DNA of 64,000 bases from the NCBI GenBank assembly GCA_964016885.1, contig OZ024760.1, forward strand, positions 28,334,001 through 28,398,000, given 5' to 3'. The stretch's first letter is position 1, and each line of letters opens with the position of its first letter. A model generated the notes under the pieces. It saw only the letters and a program-made list of their open reading frames with translations. It had not been told where the DNA came from and did not search any database. This DNA comes from Eledone cirrhosa. Lineage: Eukaryota. A program made the translations under genes and the position numbers. Below are positions 39,222 through 49,314 of this stretch, in pieces.

Positions 39222-40466
39222 TATGTATATGTATATATATGTTCTGTTATTAATTCTGGCAATATTACACAAATATGACCCTCCCCAAGTATAACAATAT
39301 ATATATATGTATATATATATTTTTATATATATAAATAAGTATGTATACGTACATACATATATGTATACAGATGTACAGTAGTATGTATATACCTACATGC
39401 ACACATATATATATATATGTACGTATGGGTTTACGGAACATTTATTATAATGTTCGGTTTATTTGTAAACAAACAGCCCGAATTAAGCCATACAGTGTTC
39501 GGCAACCATCATTGCCTTTTTGTTCAACACTGATAAAGGAATGATGAACTAATTTCTAGCTTATTAGCTGTTATCAGCACCGAATACCTTCTTGTCAGTC
39601 GATTGAACGTTTGAAAGTATATACTTTCGTTATGCATATTAATGGCTGACCAGCCTAATTTGCATATCGAGTGAGTTAGTCGGCCAGGCGTACCGAAAAA
39701 GATAAATGGAAAAAATGAAATTTCATTTCTCACTCTTAGTACAGCTGATACTTAAATATAAGTATGTATACGTACATACATATATGTATACAGACGTACA
39801 GTAGTATGTATATACATACAAAGTAAAACCTACTACAGTCAGTAGGCATCTCTAACAAAATACACCCCCCTCCACCACCCCCGTCCCATCCACACCGCCC
39901 TCTTCAATGTAAAGTTATATTGGTGCCACAACATCCAGGCCGAAACAAATGAGATCGTGTAGGTGTCACGACAAAAAAACACACAGTCCACGCTGTAATG
40001 TGGCCGTGTAGGCAACACGGTAAAAACCTCCCAGTCCCACACTGTAAATGTGGTTGGTGTTAGGAAGGGCATCCAGCTGTAGAAAATCCGCCAGACAGTC
40101 CTATGCGAGCAAGACAACCACTCTTGCCTCAAGTGGGAAAACTCCCGTCCAAACCCATGCAAGCATGGAACATGGACGTTAAACGATGATGATGATGATG
40201 ATGATGATACATACATACATGCACACATATATATATGTACGTATGGGTTTGTAAACAAACAGCCTGAATTAAGCCGTACAGTGCTCGGTAACCATCGTTG
40301 CCCTTTTGTTCAACACTGACAAAGGAATGGAAAAAAAGCACCCCGCACTCACTGTAAATGAGGTTGGTGTTAGGAAGGGCATCCAGCTGTAGAAATCAAG
40401 CCAGAATCAGTTCCCATCCCACCCTAGCAAGCAGGGAAAAGCGGACGTAAAATGATGATGATGATG

Positions 40467-41220
40467 ATTCCCTCCCTAAAGACTGGGAAAACATAGGACT
40501 GCTAGAAATAGCAGCCACATTCCCTACCAGAACATTTGTAAAGACTGGGACAACATAGGCCTGCTAGAAATAGCAACAACATTCCCTCCCTAAAGACTGG
40601 GACAACATATACCTAGTTACTAGCACTGCTAGAAATAGCAGCCAGATTCCCTCCCGAAAGACTGGGACAACATAGGATTGCTAGAAATAGCAACCACATT
40701 CCCTCCCTAAAGACTGGGACAACACAGGAACCTAGGACTGCTAGAAATAGCAGCCACATTCCCTCCCAGAACATTTGTAAAGACCTGGACAATCTATACC
40801 TGGTTACTGGGACTGCTAGAAATAGCAGCCACATTCCCTCCCTAAAGACTAGGACAACATAGGAACCTAGGCCTACTAGAAATAGCAACCACACTGTAAA
40901 TGTGGTTGGTGTTAGGAAGGGCATCCAGCCGTAGAAAACCTGCCAGACAATCCTATACGAGCGAGACGACCAATCTTGCCTCAAGTGGGACAATTCCTGT
41001 CTAAACCCATGCTAGCATGGAAGATAGACGTTAAACGATGATGATGATGATGATGATGTTGATTCCCTCCCTAAAGACTGGGACAACATAGGAACCCTAG
41101 GCCTGCTAGAAATAGCAACCATATTCCCTCCCTCCCAGAACATATTTAAAGACTGAGACAACATAGGAACCTATACCTGGTTACTTGGACTGCTAGAAAT
41201 AGCAACCACATACCCTCCCA
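40467..41220. repeat. Irregular ~50-70-bp tandem repeat (aaagactgggacaacataggactgctagaaatagcagccacattccctccc), interrupted by a LINE tail
   Basis: About 9 copies; a single copy occurs at 34860-34915. Confidence 0.8.
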
Positions 41221-41454
41221 AATCATGTGTATATATGCCAGGTAGTGGTGTTAAACTGGGTGACTGGTTAAATCTACCACCCAAGGACCAGGTGGGGCTG
41301 TTAAACTAGAGGACACTTACCAAATATATTGTATATAAGCCGAGAATTATGTGACAAAGGAATCAATGGTAAAATGGTGTCACCTTAATATTTACCAACT
41401 CCAAAATTCTATGTAAATGAAGTGCTAAAATATTTTCAATAGAAGGTGAAATTA

Positions 41455-41805
41455 TTAACCATCTTGCCAACAACAACCCTGAGCACCTTTTTGATTTCCA
41501 TGTGTCTAACACACGTGGGCATGCCTACAAAGTCAGAAAACTGACCAGCTCCCATGATTTTGGGAAACATTGGATACATTAAAGCTACAATGTCTGGCAA
41601 CTGACTTGGTAAACACCCACAAGATTATTAACCATCTTGCCAACAACAACTCTGAGCACCTTTTTGATTTCCATGTGTCTAACACACGTGGGCATGCCTA
41701 CAAAGTCAGAAAACTGACCAGCTTCCATGACTTTCAGAAACATTCCTTCATGCTCAGAGGTGCTGAAGCATGGAACAAACTACCTGCATCAGTTGTTAGC
41801 TGTCA
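41455..41805 (+). mobile_element. CR1/L2-like LINE 3' fragment with an internal tandem duplication (related copies at 54730-54975 and 62064-63070)
   Basis: DLVNTHKII..NTRGHAYKV..F..R.AEAWNKLPASVV, typical of CR1/L2-group RT C-termini. Confidence 0.7.
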
Positions 41806-43394
41806 TAGCTGGACATGCTCACCGACATTCAGAGTTGACACTGCATTCAATAGTCCTGTGGGAGCCCCTACACGGACACACTAGAAGAGGGAGACCGAGG
41901 TTGACATATGTTGATGCCTTAAGATGACACTGGTCTCTTGCAGACGCAGGACATGGCGGCAATGATGAGGGACAGTGACCGCTGGAGAGAACTCATCCAG
42001 GATCTCGGGAATTTTACCCACCTTAGATAAATAGACATACAAACATATGATATACATACAGTAATATATGGTAATTTAACCACTACAAAATGAATGTGAT
42101 AAGAAAAATATATATAAAGTAACATAGACAATATTGTTTCATTTACGTTGAGCAAATCTGAAACTATATATTGCTTTTTGTAAAACTGCAACAATGCAAA
42201 GAATATTTTCAAATAAAGAAAAAATTTGAATGACTCACCAATAATAATTGAAACCATATTCAAAGATTTCAAACTTCTAGATACAAACTGTTTGCTGTCA
42301 TTTTATTTATTTATTTATTTATATATTTAATAATTGTCTATTACCGGTTTCGGCATTTTATGCATTATCAAAGGGGGGAATTTGTATTGGTGTAAAATGT
42401 TGGTGATGTTGAACATGTTAAGGAAATGGTGAAGAAAGAATAATGTTATTTACAAACAAGGTTTTTGAAGTAAAAAGGAAAAAAGGGGGTAATGTGGAAC
42501 ATGATAAGGTAATGGGAAAGAAAAAATATTATTTACAGGCATAGTTCTTGAAGATAAGCAGTTCAAAATGTGTTATTATGGCAAGAGTGCTATCCCACCG
42601 AGGTTGACTTTGCCTTTCATCCTTACAGGGTCGATAAAATAAAGTACCAGTAATGCACTGGGTAATTGCTGGCCTTGTGCCTAAAGTAGAAACAATTATT
42701 ACACAGAGGAACAGCGTCATTTTGTGGCCCTGTGGCTTTATTATTTCCTGTTGCATTGAATTGAATTGAAATTGCATTGAATTGAATTGAAATGATTCTC
42801 TTCAGTTTCAATCTGCATTGCTTGTTTCTGAGCAACTTTTAGAATTTGTAAATAAGAGCAGATGACTGGGAGTGGAATAATTAATGACCAGAGCAAAATG
42901 ACATAAAGTTGTTGTCTTTCTAGAAGGACACTACAGATTGGAATTGACAGAGGACGGAATGTGTATCTGCCCCACCCAAACAGTGGCATCGTGGCTAACA
43001 AGAAGCTGCTCAACCACAAGACAGCAATGATGGAAACGATGCATTTAGTGGTCACCACGGCCTGGTAACAAAGCGGAAAACAGATGCAGAAGTAACGATC
43101 CAGTGAAATTGCTGACAGCGTCAAAATGGAGCTTGCCATGAGCAGAGTTGTTGAGAATGCAGTGATGTGGCACATGACATCTGGTAATAACCATGCCTGC
43201 CAACATATAGGCATCGCTATGAAGGGTAACACTACAATACCGACCATCAAGTGTGTGAAGGCCAAGTTGATATTAAGGAAGTTTGTTAGTGTTTTCCACC
43301 AGTGAGAACTGGTGGAAACTATTATATAGAACAACAAACTGTTACCAATCACACAGAGGACTATGAGAACTAGTACGAGGCTTACCTCAATAAT

Positions 43395-43581
43395 TGTTTC
43401 TACTTTAGGCACAAGGCCAGCAATTACCCAGTGCATTACTGGTACTTTATTTTATCGACCCCGTAAGGATGAAAGGCAAAGTCAACCTCGGCGGGATTTG
43501 AACTTAGATCGTAAAGGGACGTAACTATGCTGGAAAGCATGGTGTCCGACCCTCTACCGATACTGCCAATCCACCCCCCTT
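43395..43581 (-). mobile_element. tRNA-derived SINE (Meta-domain-like) with a 16-bp target-site duplication, inside the GPCR CDS
   Basis: TSD ggcttacctcaataat at 43379-43394 and 43582-43597. A box TGGCAGTATCGG, B box GTTCAAATCC, GCCTTTCATCCTTACGGGGTCGATAAAAT domain. Confidence 0.9.
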
Positions 43582-44106
43582 GGCTTACCTCAATAATACG
43601 AAACACAAGGGATTCATGAAACAAATTCTTTGTTACAAAATCCGACATATTACTTAACAAGTTCATCTTGAAATCCTTATTTTGTTTTTGTTTTTTTGCT
43701 TGTTCGTTTATTTGATAATTTTTATTGTTGTTTGTCTATTTTATTCTTTTTCTAGCTTCAGTCATTGGACTAAGACCATGCTGGAGCAGTTATTTATGTT
43801 TGCCTCTCTGTCAGTTTGTTTCTCATTTTGCTTTTGTCTCCAGTTTTGGAGAATTGTTTCTGAATTTTAAAGTTGTTGTTGTCGTTGTTGTCGTTGTTGT
43901 TGTTGTTGGTGGTGGTGGTGGTGTAGTAGTAGTTGTTGTTGTTGTTGGAGGTGTCGTTGTTGTTGTTGCTGTGGTTGTTTAGCTGCTGGTTAGTTGTTTC
44001 AATACAACAGACCTATGATAAAACGGTGTTCCATTCATGGCCATCCTGTCTTTTGTTTTCTGTACATAGTGAATATACCATCCCACAATTCATTTCTCTA
44101 TATGTC

Positions 44107-44200
<94 letters not shown>

Positions 44201-44241
44201 CGAAACATAAGTCAATTGCATGAACTCATAATCCTTTATTT

Positions 44242-44297
44242 ACTGCTATATATATTTCGATGATAGCCATTGAATGGCTATGACCTCATCAGGCAGT
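44242..44297 (-). ncRNA. Minimal type I hammerhead ribozyme, intact core
   Basis: Reverse complement: actgc-CTGATGA-ggtcatagccat tca atggctatcatc-GAAA-tatata-TA|gcagt. Perfect 5-bp stem I, G10.1-C11.1 pair, palindromic stem III. Confidence 0.82.
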
Positions 44298-44744
44298 TAG
44301 TCAGTCTTAGATATGCCAGATCTGTGTTTATAGTGTTGATGGTATCAGAGCCTTGGGACATATATATATAGAGAGAGAGAAGGACATAAAACACACACAT
44401 GTACACTCATACACACACACACACACACACACACATGCACACTCATACACACACACTTACATGTACACTCATACACACACACATGTACACTCATACACAC
44501 ACACACACACATGTACACTCATACACACACACATGTACACTCATACACACACACACATGTACACATATGCACACATGAAACTCTTACACACACACATACA
44601 CACACACACACACATACACACATACATACACACACATATACACACACACATAAACATAGACTAAGTGTAGGAACATGTGAAGCTAAGGATCACATTTATA
44701 TATCTGAATATATGCATATAATTATAGATAACAATTAATTAGTA

Positions 44745-44985
44745 GTCTGTCACTCTACCTGTCCCTCTATCTCTCCATTTACCTGTCTGTCTGCCTGTCC
44801 CTCTATCTCTCCATTTACCTGTCTGTCTGCCTGTCCCTCTATCTCTCCATTTGCCTGTCTGTCTGCCTGTCCCTCTATCTCTCCATTTGCCTGTCTGTCT
44901 GCCTGTCCCTCTATCTCTCCATTTGCCTGTCTGTCTACCTGCCTCTCTATCTCTCCATTTGCCTGTCCCTCTATCTCTCCATTTT
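44745..44985. repeat. 36-bp tandem repeat
   Basis: Unit cctgtccctctatctctccatttgcctgtctgtctg. Confidence 0.9.
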
Positions 44986-45171
44986 CCTATGTGCAAACAG
45001 AAAAGTATTAAGATGCATACACATGCGTTCATGCCTGCTCATCTTAAGTGTTTTGTTATGTGGTAAATTGACTCATATTGCCTTTCATCCTTACGGGGTC
45101 GATAAAATAAAGTACCAGTCACGCACTGGGGTCGATTTAATCGACTTTCCCCTCACCAAAATTGCTGGTTG

Positions 45172-47918
45172 ACACCATGATTGGCAGTATTGGTAGAGGG
45201 TCGGACACCAGGATTGGCAGTATTGGTAGAGGGTCGGACACCATGACTGGCAGTATTGGTAGAGGGTCGGACACCATGACTGGCAGTATCGGTAGAGGGT
45301 CGGACACCATGATTGGCAGTATCGGTAGAGGGTCGGACACCATGATTGGCACTATCGGTAGAGGGTTGGACACCATGATTGGCAGTATCGGTAGAGGGTC
45401 GGACACCATGATTGGCAGTATCGGTAGAGGGTCGGACACCATGATTGGCAGTATCGGTAGAGGGTCGGACACCATGATTGGCAGTATTGGTAGAGGGTCG
45501 GACACCATGATTGGCAGTATCGGTAGAGGGTCGGACACCATGATTGGCACTATCGGTAGAGGGTCGGACACCATGATTGGCAGTATCGGTAGAGGGTCGG
45601 ACACCATGATTGGTAGTATTGGTAAGGGTCGGACACCATGATTGGCAGTATCGGTAGAGGGTCGGACACCATGCTTGGCAGTATCGGTAAAGGGTCGGAC
45701 ACCATGCTTGGCAGTATCGGTAGACGGTCGGACGCCATGCTTGGCAGTATCGGTAGACGGTCGGATGCCATGATTGGCAGTATCGGTAGAGGGTCGGATG
45801 CCATGATTGGCAGTATCGGTAGACGGTCGGATGCCATGATTGGCAGTATCGGTAGACGGTCGGATGCCATGATTGGCAGTATCGGTAGACGGTCGGATGC
45901 CATGCTTGGCAGTATCGGTAGAGGGTCGGATGCCATGCTTGGCAGTATCGGTAGAGGGTCGGATGCCATGCTTGGCAGTATCGGTAGACGGTCGGATGCC
46001 ATGATTGGCAGTATCGGTAGACGGTCGGACGCCATGCTTGGCAGTATCGGTAGACGGTCGGATGCCATGCTTGGCAGTATCGGTAGAGGGTCGGATGCCA
46101 TGATTGGCAGTATCGGTAGAGGGTCGGATGCCATGCTTGGCAGTATCGGTAGACGGTCGGATGCCATGCTTGGCAGTATCGGTAGACGGTCGGATGCCAT
46201 GCTTGGCAGTATCGGTAGACGGTCGGATGCCATGCTTGGCAGTATCGGTAGAGGGTCGGATGCCATGCTTGGCAGTATCGGTAGACGGTCGGATGCCATG
46301 CTTGGCAGTATCGGTAGACGGTCGGATGCCATGCTTGGCAGTATCGGTAGACGGTCGGATGCCATGCTTGGCAGTATCGGTAGACGGTCGGATGCCATGC
46401 TTGGCAGTATCGGTAGAGGGTCGGATGCCATGATTGGCAGTATCGGTAGACGGTCGGATGCCATGCTTGGCAGTATCGGTAGACGGTCGGACGCCATGCT
46501 TGGCAGTATCGGTAGACGGTCGGATGCCATGATTGGCAGTATCGGTAGAGGGTCGGATGCCATGCTTGGCAGTATCGGTAGACGGTCGGATGCCATGCTT
46601 GGCAGTATCGGTAGACGGTCGGATGCCATGCTTGGCAGTATCGGTAGACGGTCGGATGCCATGATTGGCAGTATCGGTAGACGGTCGGATGCCATGATTG
46701 GCAGTATCGGTAGACGGTCGGATGCCATGATTGGCAGTATCGGTAGACGGTCGGATGCCATGATTGGCAGTATCGGTAGACGGTCGGATGCCATGATTGG
46801 CAGTATCGGTAGACGGTCGGATGCCATGATTGGCAGTATCGGTAGAGGGTCGGACGCCATGCTTGGCAGTATCGGTAGACGGTCGGATGCCATGATTGGC
46901 AGTATCGGTAGACGGTCGGATGCCATGCTTGGCAGTATCGGTAGACGGTCGGATGCCATGATTGGCAGTATCGGTAGACGGTCGGATGCCATGATTGGCA
47001 GTATCGGTAGAGGGTCGGACGCCATGCTTGGCAGTATCGGTAGACGGTCGGATGCCATGCTTGGCAGTATCGGTAGAGGGTCGAACACCATGATTGGCAG
47101 TATTGGTAAGGGTCGGACACCATGATTGGCAGTATCGGTAGAGGGTCGGACACCATGCTTGGCAGTATCGGTAGAGGGTCGGATGCCATGCTTGGCAGTA
47201 TCGGTAGACGGTCGGACGCCATGCTTGGCAGTATCGGTAGAGGGTCGGACACCATGATTGGCAGTATCGGTAGAGGGTCGGATGCCATGCTTGGCAGTAT
47301 CGGTAGACGGTCGGATGCCATGCTTGGCAGTATCGGTAGACGGTCGGACGCCATGCTTGGCAGTATCGGTAGAGGGTCGGACACCATGCTTGGCAGTATC
47401 GGTAGAGGGTCGGATGCCATGCTTGGCAGTATCGGTAGACGGTCGGATGCCATGATTGGCAGTATCGGTAGACGGTCGGACGCCATGCTTGGCAGTATCG
47501 GTAGAGGGTCGGACACCATGATTGGCAGTATCGGTAGACGGTCGGACGCCATGATTGGCAGTATTGGTAGAGGGTCGGACACCATGCTTGGCAGTATCGG
47601 TAGAGGGTCGGATGCCATGCTTGGCAGTATCGGTAGAGGGTTGGACGCCATGCTTGGCAGTATCGGTAGAGGGTCGGACACCATGATTGGCAGTATCGGT
47701 AGACGGTCGGACGCCATGCTTGGCAGTATCGGTAGAGGGTCGGACACCATGATTGGCAGTATCGGTAGACGGTCGGACGCCATGATTGGCAGTATTGGTA
47801 GAGGGTCGGACACCATGCTTGGCAGTATCGGTAGAGGGTCGGATGCCATGCTTGGCAGTATCGGTAGAGGGTCGGACACCATGCTTGGCAGTATCGGTAG
47901 AGGGTTGGACGCCATGCT
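45172..47918. repeat. 27-bp minisatellite, ~100 copies, derived from a SINE head
   Basis: Unit ccatg(a/c)ttggcagtatcggtaga(g/c)ggtcgga(ca/tg); the last unit runs into the SINE body at 47918-48070. Confidence 0.97.
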
Positions 47919-48091
47919 TTGATGCATAGACTTACAGCCCTTGCCATTCTAAGTTCAAACTCCGCCGAGGTTAACTTTGCCTTTCATCCTTACATGGTCG
48001 ATAAAATAAAGTACCAGTAATACACTGGGTAATTGCTGGCCTTGTGCCAAAAGTAGAAACAATTATTATTAGTATTATTATTATTTTTTAA

Positions 48092-48283
48092 GGCTGGTGG
48101 ATTGGCAGTATCGGTGGAATGTCAGACACCATGCTTTGCAGCATAGAGTTGTGGCCCTTTACGTTTTGAGTTCAAATCCTGCTGAGGTTAACTTTCTTTT
48201 TCATCCTTACGGGGTTGATAAAATAAAGTACCAGTAATGCACTGGGGTAATTGCTGGTCTTGTGCCAAAAAAGTAGAAACATT
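48092..48283 (+). mobile_element. Same Meta-like SINE (other copies or fragments: 42593-42700 +, 45070-45170 +, 47890-48070 +, 5945-6115 -, ~23605-23680 +)
   Basis: Same head, body and tail as 43395-43581. Confidence 0.8.
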
Positions 48284-48294
48284 ATATATATATT

Positions 48295-48395
48295 CAGGGT
48301 GACCCCAAAAAATGTATACACATTTCAACAGCGTTCTAATAAATATTGCCTGCACAGGTAATCAAAGTGTGTATACATTTTTTTAGGACACCCTG
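48295..48395. mobile_element. Tc1/mariner-like MITE
   Basis: TIRs cagggtgaccccaaaaaatgtatacaca / tgtgtatacatttttttaggacaccctg in a TA context. Confidence 0.7.
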
Positions 48396-49314
48396 CATAT
48401 ATATCCTCATCATCATCACCATTTAACGTACATTTTTTCCATGCTAGCATGGGTTAGATGGGTTGTCCCATTTGGGGCAAGTCATATGAGTGATTGTGTC
48501 TCGTTCACACAGAACTGATTCTGGCTTGGTTTCTACAGCTGGATGCTCTTCCTAACACCAACCAGATTTACAGTGTAGGCTGGATGCTTTTTGTCGGGAC
48601 ATCTACACGACCACTTTACAGTGTGGATTGGGTGCTTTTTTTGCTGTCACTATCACAACCATTTTACAGTTTGGACTGGGTGCTTTTTTTGCTGTCACTA
48701 TCACAACCACTTTACAGTGTGGGCTGGATGCTTTTTTGCTGTCACTATCACAATCATTTTACAGTGTGGGCTGGATGCTTTTTTGCTGTCACTATCACAA
48801 CCACCTTACAGTGTTGTGCACACACATACACATTAATCACAGAACAAACAAACTAAATATATTAATAATTGAAAAAATTGATGTATAACAGATGGCTAAT
48901 GGTTAGAACTAGAGTCACACAACATTCCTGTTAGATTTCCAATATTTCAACCACTTACGGACAACTAAAAGGTAAGGAGTCGTGACAAATGAAATTTCTG
49001 TTTACTTGAAAGCTGTTGACTTACATTTGAATTCATCTGTTGAACAATGAAAATGATATAAAATAAAATAAAAAAATCGAAAAGAAAAGAAGAAAGGAAG
49101 AAATATAAAGATAATCAAAAATAATGCTTAACATAGTTTGTTAAGATAATAGGTGAAAAGGTGAAAAAGGCAATAAAGATAGGAAATTTTGACGACTAAC
49201 ATTTTTTTCTTTTACTTCTTCAAAGTAAGAGACAAAAATAACTCAAAAATTTAATATAACAATTTGTTTAAAGAAAATATAAAAAAAATTACCTGAAAAA
49301 CGGATATTATAAAA

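Larger units (their letters stand above)
23912..43666 (-). pseudogene. Class A (rhodopsin-like) orphan GPCR pseudogene; exon 1 43666-42239 (interrupted), exon 2 24156-23912
   Basis: TM1 GN (LCVIGNSLL), TM2 NLA..LPF, TM3 LSAISLDRY, TM4 W..PLFGWGRY, TM6 SIIIG|TCILCWSPY across a phase-1 GT-AG intron, TM7 NSSLNP. Disrupted by a SINE (43395-43581), a 31-bp (TCAAT)n expansion (~42755-42785) and a 419-bp insertion (42305-42723). Removing all three gives a 1020-nt open frame. Confidence 0.85.

Noticed and set aside
23912-43666. GPCR as an opsin (GWGRY loop resembles opsins)
   Set aside because: TM7 reads FLAFTNSSLNP and lacks the retinal-binding lysine.
45137-47947. 936-, 924-, 513- and 495-aa ORFs of 9-residue repeats
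   Set aside because: They arise from a stop-poor 27-bp SINE-derived unit open in several frames on both strands, with no splice or promoter context and no unique domain.
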